In this document: one piece after another, positions 9,554 to 19,432 of the stretch
Position numbering within the stretch: the stretch's first letter is position 1
Layout of the letters: each line of letters begins with the position of its first letter
The notes under the pieces: generated by a model
What the model was told of the DNA's origin: nothing
Database searches by the model: none
Seen by the model: only the letters and a program-made list of their open reading frames with translations
Origin: Nitrosopumilus sp.
GTDB lineage: Bacteria; Desulfobacterota; Binatia; UBA1149; SPBQ01
Length of the DNA: 64,000 bases
Assembly: GCA_964225545.1 (NCBI GenBank)
Contig: CAXQPB010000198.1
Location: 39,452 to 103,451 of the forward strand
Direction of reading: 5' to 3'
Translations under genes and position numbers: made by a program

Positions 9554-10843
9554 TCAGGAGAATGTCGGAGTTCGGGATGTGCGGATGTGCTCGACGAAAC
9601 GCCAGACCGAACGCACGACGTATTCGGTGCGAATGGAGTGAAACACCTCGAACGCGTGTTGGCCACCGGGGAGCTCAGCGTAGACGACGGGCGCTGCCGA
9701 CACCGATCTGAGCTTTTCGACGAAACCGCGAGCGCCATCGACCGATGCGAGAGCATCGTGCGTCCCGTGGATCACGTAAAACGGTGGCGCGGCCGGCCCG
9801 ACCTGATCGATCGGCGAGGCCCCCTCCCAGACCGCCCGCTGGTCGACCGGTGAACATTTGAGAACATAGCGCTCGAGAAACGGCTCCATCGAATTGCCGG
9901 AGTTGCCGCCGCCGCCGCGTCCGAGAAAATCGTAAACCCCGTAGAACGGTACGCACGCTGCCACCGATGTGTCCGCATCTTCGAAGCCGGGCTGGAATTC
10001 CGCCCGGCCCTGCGTAAGCGCCATCATCGAGGAGAGATGACCACCGGCCGAGCCGCCGGTCACCACCACGAGGCCGGGGTCAGCTCCGTACGGGGCGGCG
10101 TGCTCGCGGATCCACGCGAGGGCTTTCTTGCAGTCGATCAAATGGTCCGGCCAGACCGCGTCAGGGCTGAGTCGGTAATTGATCGCGAAACAACACCAGC
10201 CGCGCGCGGCCAGGTAGCGCATGAGCGGGCCGCCCTGCTCCTCCTTGTTGCCGATCACCCAGCCTCCGCCGTGAATCTGCAGAAGAACAGGACAGCGCCC
10301 GTCGGATTCTCGCGGCCGGTAGATATCGAGGAGATTACGCTTCCCCGCATCACCGTAGGCAACGTCCCGCTCGACAACGATGTCCGGGTGCCGCATCCGG
10401 AACGGCAGCAACAGGCGTGCGATCGGGACGGGCTCCGGTTCGCCGGGCTTTGCGGAATCTCCCGCATACCCGGTACCCAGTGTCTCCCGCAGCGCGGATT
10501 CAGTGACTCCAGACGCGGCACGCGAGTGCTTGAGCGCAACGCAGAGACCGGCCCACGACAGCAGCGTGATGACGAGACCGGCGACACCCGCAGGCTGCTC
10601 GAGAGCTCCGTAAGCAACGAACCCCGCCGTGGCAGCCGCCTGCCAGGCGATATGGTACAGAGCGAGCTCGCCGGTCAGCCAGGAGGCGAAGAAGCGTGGG
10701 ATCGACGCCCAGTTCTGACGTCGCTGCGGGATCAGCGTCGTCAGAGTGAAGGTCAGGCCGATCAGGCTCAGCGCGAGGAAAACCGAGGAAACCACGACGC
10801 CAGTTCCGAGCTCCACGGCAACCCGCCGCGCGCCGGATCCCAT
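9554..10843 (-). CDS. Membrane-anchored alpha/beta-hydrolase fold-3 esterase/lipase
   Basis: N-terminal TM helices, HGGGW oxyanion motif, GGSAGG nucleophile elbow. Start uncertain: overlaps the upstream hydrolase gene by 76 nt, with alternative GTG starts 27-51 nt downstream. Confidence 0.7.
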   Translation of the reverse strand: MGSGARRVAVELGTGVVVSSVFLALSLIGLTFTLTTLIPQRRQNWASIPRFFASWLTGELALYHIAWQAAATAGFVAYGALEQPAGVAGLVITLLSWAGLCVALKHSRAASGVTESALRETLGTGYAGDSAKPGEPEPVPIARLLLPFRMRHPDIVVERDVAYGDAGKRNLLDIYRPRESDGRCPVLLQIHGGGWVIGNKEEQGGPLMRYLAARGWCCFAINYRLSPDAVWPDHLIDCKKALAWIREHAAPYGADPGLVVVTGGSAGGHLSSMMALTQGRAEFQPGFEDADTSVAACVPFYGVYDFLGRGGGGNSGNSMEPFLERYVLKCSPVDQRAVWEGASPIDQVGPAAPPFYVIHGTHDALASVDGARGFVEKLRSVSAAPVVYAELPGGQHAFEVFHSIRTEYVVRSVWRFVEHIRTSRTPTFS

Positions 10844-11979
10844 CCGCTCTCGATCATTCCCGACTCCAGCATGGCTGCGTCGAGAAGTTCACGAACATCG
10901 TTCTCGAAGACGAACGAGACATGCGACCCCTGGTACCAGACGATGCGCGGTCGTTCCCAGTGTTCCCAGAGCGCCATCGCCGATCCCGGCGGCGCCAGCC
11001 GGTCGGCAACCGCTGCAAAAATATATCGTCTCTCGCGCGGGATCCGCGGCTGCATGCTGAGCGGGGACACCACAGTCAGAAGCCGTCGAGTCTGCTCCCA
11101 GAACGCATCCATCCGGTCCGGATCGATACCGCTCACTCGATCGGAGTGCTGACGGAACAGCTCAACGAAACAGGAGGCCGGTATACCGGCGACGGCACAG
11201 GCAAGATCGGGTTCGAGAGCCGAAAGCAGCGCTGTCGTGTACCCGCCGAGCGAGACACCGTGGACCGCGACACGGTCGGCTCCCTGCGTACCCCGAATCC
11301 ACGAAATGATTCGGCGCAGGTCCCACATCGCCTGCGCTTCACCGTGGATCAGATTTGAGACGCCTCCGCTGAACAGCTCGCTGCCGTATCCGCGCCCGAC
11401 CCGTCGCGGCCCATGCAGCGGCATGACGTAGGACAGAACGTTCAGTCCGAGCGCGTGATGGAGGTAGCGCGCGCGCATCCCACCGAGATCGGCGAGCGGC
11501 GACCCCATCCCGTAGCCGTGCAACGCGATCATCCATGGGCGCGAGTGATCGGCATGACGCAACATCCACGCGTGAGCGCGTCGATTCTCGCGATACCCCA
11601 TCCACCGCCGTCGTCCGGGCTCACCGACTGCAGGCGTGTATCCGCTCTCGAAGCTCAGCTGCTCGTAAGGGATCAGCCCGAAGACACTCTCGATGTCCGG
11701 ATCCGCGAGTACCGGCGGCTCTCGGTGGTAGGCGGCGGGGTCATCGAGCCAACCACGCTCGCCGTAAAAATCGATACCGCGCGAGACTTCGTTTCGTACG
11801 GTTCGATCGAGCCGGTCCGAATGGGCCCAGAAGCCGGTCGACCCGGACATCGCTCGGAGCAGCCCCTCATCGAGGAGGATCTTGGCGAGCATCGACGTAT
11901 CGCGACGTACCGATGGCACGCTCTCGTGCTGCGCGCCGCCACCCAGCAGCGCGTCCCACAGCATCGCGATCGTCAACAC
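10768..11979 (-). CDS. Alpha/beta hydrolase
   Basis: 403 aa with HGVSLGG (GxSxG) nucleophile elbow. Confidence 0.65.
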   Translation of the reverse strand: MLTIAMLWDALLGGGAQHESVPSVRRDTSMLAKILLDEGLLRAMSGSTGFWAHSDRLDRTVRNEVSRGIDFYGERGWLDDPAAYHREPPVLADPDIESVFGLIPYEQLSFESGYTPAVGEPGRRRWMGYRENRRAHAWMLRHADHSRPWMIALHGYGMGSPLADLGGMRARYLHHALGLNVLSYVMPLHGPRRVGRGYGSELFSGGVSNLIHGEAQAMWDLRRIISWIRGTQGADRVAVHGVSLGGYTTALLSALEPDLACAVAGIPASCFVELFRQHSDRVSGIDPDRMDAFWEQTRRLLTVVSPLSMQPRIPRERRYIFAAVADRLAPPGSAMALWEHWERPRIVWYQGSHVSFVFENDVRELLDAAMLESGMIESGWDPARGGLPWSSELASWFPRFSSR

Positions 11980-12065
11980 GAAGTCGGGCCGTCACGCCTC
12001 GGCGCTCAGGCCCTCCCGCGGCCGTTGTTCGAGGCCGCGTTCATCGGCGCTGCATGCGCCTCGGG

Positions 12066-13544
12066 CTAGGAACCCAGCCGGCCGTCATCGGACTGAGTCT
12101 GAGCGGCGGGATTTCGGATCACCCTGGGCTCGGCCCCGAGCTTGATCCCGGCCGCGTTCGCCAGCTCGACGAAGGACGCCCGTACCATGCGAACGAAGTC
12201 GCTGGCGTCCGGTACCACGCCCGGATCTGCATTGAAGCCCCAGCACATCCGGCCGTTGTAGCTGAACAGCGCCACACCCAGACCGGTGTTCTCGAGCAAC
12301 GGAACCTGCGGGTACATATCGACGAGCCGTGAACCGAGCATGTAGAGCGGAATCTGCGGGCCCGGCACGTTCGTCACGATCATGTTGATCGGCCCGCTCG
12401 TCGACTGGGAACCCAGCGAGAGCAGCTGCGCGGGTGCCCATTCCGCTGCCGCCATCAGCATCTGCACGCCGAGTGCCTGCTCGGAACGTTTGAGGTCGTC
12501 CGTGACCCGGTGGATCGCCTCGAGCCTGCGAACCGGATCCTTCTCCTGAATCGGCAGCTTGACGATCCAGCTCGAGACGTGGTTCCCCAGCTTGCCGCGG
12601 TCTTCATCACGCCGGACACTCACCGGCGCCGATACGCGGAACTCGATGTCGTTGGCGTCTACACGATGTCGAATCAGATATTGCCGGACCGCCCCGGATA
12701 CCGTCGCGAGCACCAGGTCGTTGACCGTGCAGCCGTAGTGGCGTCGCACCGCCTTCACGTCTTCGAGCGACATGTCGAGCCAGTCGAAGCATCGATGCGG
12801 CCCGAGGCGACCGTTGAGCGGAGTCTCGGACGGCTTGCGGATCGCGTAGCCGAACAGCTCGACCAGCGCAGAGCTGCGCTTGAAGAGTTCGCTTCGAATG
12901 CTTTCCGCATGCTTGCCGAAATCGTACAGCCCCCTGGCGATCGCGTTCGGCAACCCGAGCATACGCGTCACTTCATCGCGCAGCAGCTCGCCACCGGTGG
13001 GCGAAGGACGTGGCACGTACGGGTGAACTTCGGGGAGGTGGTGCTCCGGTGTCAGCGACATCATGATTGTGGCCAGATCGGCGCCGGCGCTGCCGTCAAT
13101 CATGCAGTGGTGGATCTTGCTGATGATCGCGAACCTGCCGCCTTCGAGCCCCTCGACGACCCAGAACTCCCACAGCGGTCGATCGCGATCGAGCTTCTGG
13201 GACATGATGCGTCCGGCGAGTTTCTTCAGCTGGGCATCGGTACCCGGCCGCGGGAGCGCGGTGTGACGGATGTGGTAGTCGAGGTTGAAGTGCCGATCGT
13301 CGACCCAGACCGGCGTCTCGACGTAGGGCACCCAGCGGAGCTTTTCGCGGTAGCGGGGGATGACGTGGATGAAGCCTTCGATGGCGCGCCGGAACGCCTC
13401 GATATCCACGCCGCCGTCTTCTCCGACGAGCGGGCCGCCCTCATAAACCGCGGTGGCTGCAACGTGCATGTACACGTTGCGGCGCTCCATCAGCAGAAAA
13501 GTATTGTCCTGAGCCGAAAGTCTTTCGTAGGAGTAACGCGGCAT
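12066..13544 (-). CDS. Wax ester synthase/diacylglycerol acyltransferase (WS/DGAT) family
   Basis: Start MPRYSYERLSAQDNTFL. Catalytic HHxxxDG motif present as HHCMIDGSAG. About 490 aa, typical for WS/DGAT. Confidence 0.8.
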   Translation of the reverse strand: MPRYSYERLSAQDNTFLLMERRNVYMHVAATAVYEGGPLVGEDGGVDIEAFRRAIEGFIHVIPRYREKLRWVPYVETPVWVDDRHFNLDYHIRHTALPRPGTDAQLKKLAGRIMSQKLDRDRPLWEFWVVEGLEGGRFAIISKIHHCMIDGSAGADLATIMMSLTPEHHLPEVHPYVPRPSPTGGELLRDEVTRMLGLPNAIARGLYDFGKHAESIRSELFKRSSALVELFGYAIRKPSETPLNGRLGPHRCFDWLDMSLEDVKAVRRHYGCTVNDLVLATVSGAVRQYLIRHRVDANDIEFRVSAPVSVRRDEDRGKLGNHVSSWIVKLPIQEKDPVRRLEAIHRVTDDLKRSEQALGVQMLMAAAEWAPAQLLSLGSQSTSGPINMIVTNVPGPQIPLYMLGSRLVDMYPQVPLLENTGLGVALFSYNGRMCWGFNADPGVVPDASDFVRMVRASFVELANAAGIKLGAEPRVIRNPAAQTQSDDGRLGS

Positions 13545-13687
13545 GGTTCCACCCAACTTCCCCCAGTGTTATTCAAACGGCGGCAGTACCAGTCTTATTG
13601 CGACGCCCGCGCTCGGTCAATTGTCGGGGCAAAAGCCCCCCGGGCGCGGCGAGCACCGAAGAACAGGCGAACACGGGGGAAAAGGGC

Positions 13688-14734
13688 ATGAAGATAGAAA
13701 CAGGACTACCGATGACCGACTGGCGGGCGATCGAGGCGGCTGCGCGCAGCGCTGAGGCGATCGGGTTCGACGGCCTCGTCAGTTACGAAATCGCCTCCGA
13801 CCCCTTCATCCCGCTGGCCCTCGCTGCCATCGCCACGGAGCGCGTTCACCTCGGCACCGCCATCGCCGTCTGCTTCCCGCGCAGCCCGATGGTCGTCGCG
13901 AACACGGCCTGGGACCTCCACGTTCAATCGGGGGGGCGCTTCACCCTCGGACTCGGGACGCAGGTCAAGGGGCACAACGAGCGCCGCTTCAGTGTTCCGT
14001 GGAGCCCTCCGCTGCCGCGCCTGCGCGAATACGTCCAGGCGCTGAGAGCGATCTGGCGATGCTGGGAGAAAGGCGAGAAGCTCGACTATCAGGGGGAGCA
14101 CTACAATTTCACGCTCATGACTCCGGAGTTTTCACCGCAGCCGTCCGGGCTCGGCCCGATCCCGATCAGCATCGCGGCGGTCAAGCCGGCGATGATGCGT
14201 ATGGCGGGGCGTCATTGCGACGGCGTTCGTCTGCACGGTTTCGCGACACGCCGCTATCTGGAAAACGTCGCGCTCCCTGCAATCGACGAAGGTCTCGAAA
14301 AAGCCGGCCGTGATCGATCCACGTTCGAGATCTGGGGCGGTGGCTTCATCGCCACGGGAGCCGATGATGAGGCGGTCGCCAGACAGCTCGAGTGGTGCCG
14401 GTACCGCGTAGCGTTTTACGGATCCACTCGCAGCTACCACGGGGTCCTCGCCGAACACGGCTGGGAAGACCTCGGGATGAAGCTTCACTCGATGTCGAAG
14501 CAGGGACAGTGGAAGGAGATGGCAGCCGAGATCCCGGACGAGGTTCTTCACGAATTCGTCGCGGCCGGCCGCCACGATCAGATCGCGGCTGTCATGGAGC
14601 AACGCTTCAATGGAATCAGCGACAGCATCACGCTCGGCTTCGACGATTCGACATCCGAGGGTCTCCAGCGCGAGCTGCTTCAGGACATCGGCCGCATTCC
14701 CGCAGCGTTCACCGGCTTCCCTGCCGACTGGTAG
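13688..14734 (+). CDS. Luciferase-like monooxygenase (LLM) family oxidoreductase, possibly F420-dependent
   Basis: 348 aa TIM-barrel LLM pattern (GFDGLVSYE...LGTAIAVCFPRSPMVVANTAWDLHVQSGGRFTLGLG). Start MKIETG with GGGGGA RBS. Confidence 0.7.
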   Translation: MKIETGLPMTDWRAIEAAARSAEAIGFDGLVSYEIASDPFIPLALAAIATERVHLGTAIAVCFPRSPMVVANTAWDLHVQSGGRFTLGLGTQVKGHNERRFSVPWSPPLPRLREYVQALRAIWRCWEKGEKLDYQGEHYNFTLMTPEFSPQPSGLGPIPISIAAVKPAMMRMAGRHCDGVRLHGFATRRYLENVALPAIDEGLEKAGRDRSTFEIWGGGFIATGADDEAVARQLEWCRYRVAFYGSTRSYHGVLAEHGWEDLGMKLHSMSKQGQWKEMAAEIPDEVLHEFVAAGRHDQIAAVMEQRFNGISDSITLGFDDSTSEGLQRELLQDIGRIPAAFTGFPADW

Positions 14735-15566
14735 CCGGCGACCAGAGTCGGGGCAGCCGCCAGGCGACCCCGGCGGCAACGAAGTAGCCGGTGGCAGGCG
14801 CGTCGAACCCGGTCCCGGCGCTGACATCGAACTGGAGGTTTGGCGTCGCCAGATAGGTAAAGCCGCCGTCGACGCCGTTGATGTCGGGCGTTCCGCGCGA
14901 TCGCAGACTGGCGAAGTACTCGAAGAAAACGCCCCAGCCGCCACCGAGCCCCGTACCGATCGCGACCGAGGGCGAGAACTCGAAAAATCGCCCCGAGGTC
15001 CCCTCCCCCCGGCTCAGAGCTGCCGCCTCGAAATTCCACCCCAGGGTGAAACGACGCGCGAGCGTCCACTGGCCAAGCAGAACCAGGGTCGGGTCAACGC
15101 CGCCGCTGGTGATCTCCTTGCTGCCGACGGGAAAACTGAGATCGAGCTCGATCGCGGTCTGCGGGAGCACGCCGAACTGTTCACAGAGCACGGCGCGCAG
15201 ATCGACTCCGAGATCGGAGAACCCGCGAACCTCGTTGCCGTCTTCGAAGTCGGTGCCAGACCACCCGGAGAAACCGAGCGCGACCTCGACGCGCGGATGA
15301 ACGCCGAGCCGGACCTCCAGTTCCGGGACGACCAGGCCACGCTCGCCGGGCGCACCGCTCTCAGCGGTCCCGAGATCGACGCCGCCCCGGCCCTGATGCG
15401 TGAGGCCGGCCTCGATCTGCAAAAAGCCGACGCCGACCACGGTCGGCGGGTTGACGACCCCCGGCCGGTCCGGGCTGATCGGATCGATCGGTGAAGCGCG
15501 AGCCGACATCGGCACGCAAACGCAGATCGAGATGAGCGTCGCCGCGATTCGCCGCGGCGGCCTCAC
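14709..15566 (-). CDS. Outer-membrane beta-barrel channel of the MetA-pathway/transporter family (hydrophobic substrate uptake)
   Basis: GTG start. Signal peptide ...SARA|SP. N-terminal DRPG motif typical of this family. Gly/aromatic-rich alternating beta-strand pattern ending in an aromatic residue region. Overlaps the upstream SDR stop (GTGA). Confidence 0.6.
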   Translation of the reverse strand: MRPPRRIAATLISICVCVPMSARASPIDPISPDRPGVVNPPTVVGVGFLQIEAGLTHQGRGGVDLGTAESGAPGERGLVVPELEVRLGVHPRVEVALGFSGWSGTDFEDGNEVRGFSDLGVDLRAVLCEQFGVLPQTAIELDLSFPVGSKEITSGGVDPTLVLLGQWTLARRFTLGWNFEAAALSRGEGTSGRFFEFSPSVAIGTGLGGGWGVFFEYFASLRSRGTPDINGVDGGFTYLATPNLQFDVSAGTGFDAPATGYFVAAGVAWRLPRLWSPATSRQGSR

Positions 15567-16384
15567 AGGCCGTAGCTCTTCGCGAAAAGACGCTCGAACA
15601 TCCGGTCTCCGATCCAGTGTCGCAGCTTCGCGCCTGCCCTCTGGCCGAAAGCGCCGACCGGATGTCGCGCAGCGGGATCCGGGTCGGCGATAAGCCGCTC
15701 GACCAGAGCGGCGAAGAGTTCAGGGTCGGCGCCGGCGACCTCATCGGCAGCGTAACGATCGACAACGCGTTGCATACGCTCAGCGTATGCGGGCGAGTGG
15801 GCGCCACCGGCATAGAGCCGGTTCGCGGTCATCGATGTTCGGAAATCTCCGGGCTCGATACAGCAGACCTTGATGCCGTACGGCCTTACCTCATGACGAA
15901 GCGCCTCGGTCAGCGCTTCGACTGCGAATTTGCTGGCGCTGTAAAACGACTGGAACGGCAGCGAGATCAGGCCGCCGATCGAGCTGACATTGATGATCCT
16001 GCCCTCGCCGGCTGCGCGCATGTGAGGCAAGACGGTCTGGATCAGCCGCACGGTGCCGAAAAAGTTGGTATCGAGCTGGGACTTCACCTCGTCCAGAGAG
16101 GTATCCTCGACCGAACCGACCAGGCTGATGCCGGCGTTGTTGACGAGAACATCGATTCGACCCGCACGCTCGACGACAGCGGCGACCCCCGCGCTCACGC
16201 TGGCGTCGTCGGTAACGTCCATCACCACACTCTCGAACGCCGTCTGCGCGCTCCGGCCTGCGTCCGGGTCGACGATCACCCGGCGGGTCGTGCCGAAAAC
16301 CCGCATCCCCGCACGCGACAGGCGTTCGGCTGTCGCCTTGCCGAAACCGGACGAGGTCCCCGTGATCAGAACAACTTCAGCCAT
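15563..16384 (-). CDS. Short-chain dehydrogenase/reductase (SDR)
   Basis: Start MAEVVLITGTSSGFGKA. NNAG and YSASK motifs. Confidence 0.75.
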   Translation of the reverse strand: MAEVVLITGTSSGFGKATAERLSRAGMRVFGTTRRVIVDPDAGRSAQTAFESVVMDVTDDASVSAGVAAVVERAGRIDVLVNNAGISLVGSVEDTSLDEVKSQLDTNFFGTVRLIQTVLPHMRAAGEGRIINVSSIGGLISLPFQSFYSASKFAVEALTEALRHEVRPYGIKVCCIEPGDFRTSMTANRLYAGGAHSPAYAERMQRVVDRYAADEVAGADPELFAALVERLIADPDPAARHPVGAFGQRAGAKLRHWIGDRMFERLFAKSYGL

Positions 16385-16614
16385 GATGGGCTGGTTCTGT
16401 AGCGCACGCGCGGACCCATCTCCACGTCCGCCACGCCTTCGGTGCATTCGGGTCGTCGGGCCAAGCGCACGGCGCACGCAACGCCTGCCGCAGCGGGCGT
16501 CAGCGATCCGCCGCTGGTACCCGCAGCGTTTCGAAGATATCTGGCACCGTTTACCGCGTCGCGGCCGGATCCATCAGCCGCAACTCAAGCAGAAACCGAG
16601 AGGAGAATAGAAAA

Positions 16615-17046
16615 GTGAAATCAACATTCAGCAAGCTGGGGACCGCGCTCGTCGCTTTCGCGATTGCGACAGGAGTCAGTTTCACCGCTCAGGCCGGCAT
16701 TTCATCCGACGGAGTGATCGAAGAGATCGCCAAAGGCTGCGAGAAAGAGCTTACCGAGTACTGCTCCAACGTTACAGTCGGGCAAGGTCGAGTCCTCGCC
16801 TGCATCTACGCGCACGGCGACAAGCTCAGCGGTCGCTGCGAGTATGCGATGTACGACGCCGCTGCGAAGCTCGAACGGGCGGTCAACGCACTGAGCTACA
16901 TCGCCAATGAGTGTCTCGATGATGCCGAGAAGCATTGCGCCCAGGTGGAGCTCGGCGAGGGGCGCGTGATCAACTGCCTGAAGGGCAAGAAGTCCGAACT
17001 CGATCAGCGTTGCTCTCAGGCCCTGCGCGACACGGGCATGATGTAA
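16615..17046 (+). CDS. Small secreted protein with two cysteine-rich repeats (GLG1/Cys-rich-FGFR-like repeat pattern)
   Basis: 143 aa. GTG start with AGGAGA RBS and a signal peptide. Two repeats with four Cys each (C-x7-C-x11-C-x10-C, G.GRV motif). Confidence 0.55.
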   Translation: MKSTFSKLGTALVAFAIATGVSFTAQAGISSDGVIEEIAKGCEKELTEYCSNVTVGQGRVLACIYAHGDKLSGRCEYAMYDAAAKLERAVNALSYIANECLDDAEKHCAQVELGEGRVINCLKGKKSELDQRCSQALRDTGMM

Positions 17047-17094
17047 ACTCCGAGTCTTGCCTTGGAGTCGCGACTCCAAGGCAAGACTCGGAGT
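17047..17094. repeat. 48-nt zero-loop palindromic junction between the two convergent copies of the Cys-rich protein gene
   Basis: actccgagtcttgccttggagtcg followed directly by its reverse complement, 24 nt after the TAA stop at 17044-17046. Confidence 0.9.
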
Positions 17095-17526
17095 TTACAT
17101 CATGCCCGTGTCGCGCAGGGCCTGAGAGCAACGCTGATCGAGTTCGGACTTCTTGCCCTTCAGGCAGTTGATCACGCGCCCCTCGCCGAGCTCCACCTGG
17201 GCGCAATGCTTCTCGGCATCATCGAGACACTCATTGGCGATGTAGCTCAGTGCGTTGACCGCCCGTTCGAGCTTCGCAGCGGCGTCGTACATCGCATACT
17301 CGCAGCGACCGCTGAGCTTGTCGCCGTGCGCGTAGATGCAGGCGAGGACTCGACCTTGCCCGACTGTAACGTTGGAGCAGTACTCGGTAAGCTCTTTCTC
17401 GCAGCCTTTGGCGATCTCTTCGATCACTCCGTCGGATGAAATGCCGGCCTGAGCGGTGAAACTGACTCCTGTCGCAATCGCGAAAGCGACGAGCGCGGTC
17501 CCCAGCTTGCTGAATGTTGATTTCAC
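17095..17526 (-). CDS. Mirror copy of the Cys-rich repeat protein gene (16615..17046)
   Basis: Identical translation on the opposite strand across the palindrome centre. Confidence 0.55.
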   Translation of the reverse strand: MKSTFSKLGTALVAFAIATGVSFTAQAGISSDGVIEEIAKGCEKELTEYCSNVTVGQGRVLACIYAHGDKLSGRCEYAMYDAAAKLERAVNALSYIANECLDDAEKHCAQVELGEGRVINCLKGKKSELDQRCSQALRDTGMM

Positions 17527-17756
17527 TTTTCTATTCTCCTCTCGGTTTCTGCTTGAGTTGCGGCTGATGGATCCGGCCGCGACGCGGTAAACGGTGCCAG
17601 ATATCTTCGAAACGCTGCGGGTACCAGCGGCGGATCGCTGACGCCCGCTGCGGCAGGCGTTGCGTGCGCCGTGCGCTTGGCCCGACGACCCGAATGCACC
17701 GAAGGCGTGGCGGACGTGGAGATGGGTCCGCGCGTGCGCTACAGAACCAGCCCATC

Positions 17757-18578
17757 ATGGCTGAAGTTGTTCTGATCACGGGGACCTCGTCCGGTTTCGG
17801 CAAGGCGACAGCCGAACGCCTGTCGCGTGCGGGGATGCGGGTTTTCGGCACGACCCGCCGGGTGATCGTCGACCCGGACGCAGGCCGGAGCGCGCAGACG
17901 GCGTTCGAGAGTGTGGTGATGGACGTTACCGACGACGCCAGCGTGAGCGCGGGGGTCGCCGCTGTCGTCGAGCGTGCGGGTCGAATCGATGTTCTCGTCA
18001 ACAACGCCGGCATCAGCCTGGTCGGTTCGGTCGAGGATACCTCTCTGGACGAGGTGAAGTCCCAGCTCGATACCAACTTTTTCGGCACCGTGCGGCTGAT
18101 CCAGACCGTCTTGCCTCACATGCGCGCAGCCGGCGAGGGCAGGATCATCAATGTCAGCTCGATCGGCGGCCTGATCTCGCTGCCGTTCCAGTCGTTTTAC
18201 AGCGCCAGCAAATTCGCAGTCGAAGCGCTGACCGAGGCGCTTCGTCATGAGGTAAGGCCGTACGGCATCAAGGTCTGCTGTATCGAGCCCGGAGATTTCC
18301 GAACATCGATGACCGCGAACCGGCTCTATGCCGGTGGCGCCCACTCGCCCGCATACGCTGAGCGTATGCAACGCGTTGTCGATCGTTACGCTGCCGATGA
18401 GGTCGCCGGCGCCGACCCTGAACTCTTCGCCGCTCTGGTCGAGCGGCTTATCGCCGACCCGGATCCCGCTGCGCGACATCCGGTCGGCGCTTTCGGCCAG
18501 AGGGCAGGCGCGAAGCTGCGACACTGGATCGGAGACCGGATGTTCGAGCGTCTTTTCGCGAAGAGCTACGGCCTGTGA
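17757..18578 (+). CDS. Mirror copy of SDR (15563..16384)
   Basis: Identical translation; palindrome arm. Confidence 0.75.
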   Translation: MAEVVLITGTSSGFGKATAERLSRAGMRVFGTTRRVIVDPDAGRSAQTAFESVVMDVTDDASVSAGVAAVVERAGRIDVLVNNAGISLVGSVEDTSLDEVKSQLDTNFFGTVRLIQTVLPHMRAAGEGRIINVSSIGGLISLPFQSFYSASKFAVEALTEALRHEVRPYGIKVCCIEPGDFRTSMTANRLYAGGAHSPAYAERMQRVVDRYAADEVAGADPELFAALVERLIADPDPAARHPVGAFGQRAGAKLRHWIGDRMFERLFAKSYGL

Positions 18579-19432
18579 GGCCGCCGCGGCGAATCGCGGC
18601 GACGCTCATCTCGATCTGCGTTTGCGTGCCGATGTCGGCTCGCGCTTCACCGATCGATCCGATCAGCCCGGACCGGCCGGGGGTCGTCAACCCGCCGACC
18701 GTGGTCGGCGTCGGCTTTTTGCAGATCGAGGCCGGCCTCACGCATCAGGGCCGGGGCGGCGTCGATCTCGGGACCGCTGAGAGCGGTGCGCCCGGCGAGC
18801 GTGGCCTGGTCGTCCCGGAACTGGAGGTCCGGCTCGGCGTTCATCCGCGCGTCGAGGTCGCGCTCGGTTTCTCCGGGTGGTCTGGCACCGACTTCGAAGA
18901 CGGCAACGAGGTTCGCGGGTTCTCCGATCTCGGAGTCGATCTGCGCGCCGTGCTCTGTGAACAGTTCGGCGTGCTCCCGCAGACCGCGATCGAGCTCGAT
19001 CTCAGTTTTCCCGTCGGCAGCAAGGAGATCACCAGCGGCGGCGTTGACCCGACCCTGGTTCTGCTTGGCCAGTGGACGCTCGCGCGTCGTTTCACCCTGG
19101 GGTGGAATTTCGAGGCGGCAGCTCTGAGCCGGGGGGAGGGGACCTCGGGGCGATTTTTCGAGTTCTCGCCCTCGGTCGCGATCGGTACGGGGCTCGGTGG
19201 CGGCTGGGGCGTTTTCTTCGAGTACTTCGCCAGTCTGCGATCGCGCGGAACGCCCGACATCAACGGCGTCGACGGCGGCTTTACCTATCTGGCGACGCCA
19301 AACCTCCAGTTCGATGTCAGCGCCGGGACCGGGTTCGACGCGCCTGCCACCGGCTACTTCGTTGCCGCCGGGGTCGCCTGGCGGCTGCCCCGACTCTGGT
19401 CGCCGGCTACCAGTCGGCAGGGAAGCCGGTGA
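18575..19432 (+). CDS. Mirror copy of the MetA-pathway-type OM beta-barrel channel (14709..15566)
   Basis: Identical translation; palindrome arm. Confidence 0.6.
   Translation: MRPPRRIAATLISICVCVPMSARASPIDPISPDRPGVVNPPTVVGVGFLQIEAGLTHQGRGGVDLGTAESGAPGERGLVVPELEVRLGVHPRVEVALGFSGWSGTDFEDGNEVRGFSDLGVDLRAVLCEQFGVLPQTAIELDLSFPVGSKEITSGGVDPTLVLLGQWTLARRFTLGWNFEAAALSRGEGTSGRFFEFSPSVAIGTGLGGGWGVFFEYFASLRSRGTPDINGVDGGFTYLATPNLQFDVSAGTGFDAPATGYFVAAGVAWRLPRLWSPATSRQGSR

Noticed and set aside
9461-9554. GGGGGCTCGAATCC sequence resembling a tRNA T-arm/T-loop
   Set aside because: No acceptor stem, D-arm or anticodon arm can be built around it, and it sits in a 90-nt gap between two protein genes. Judged coincidental.
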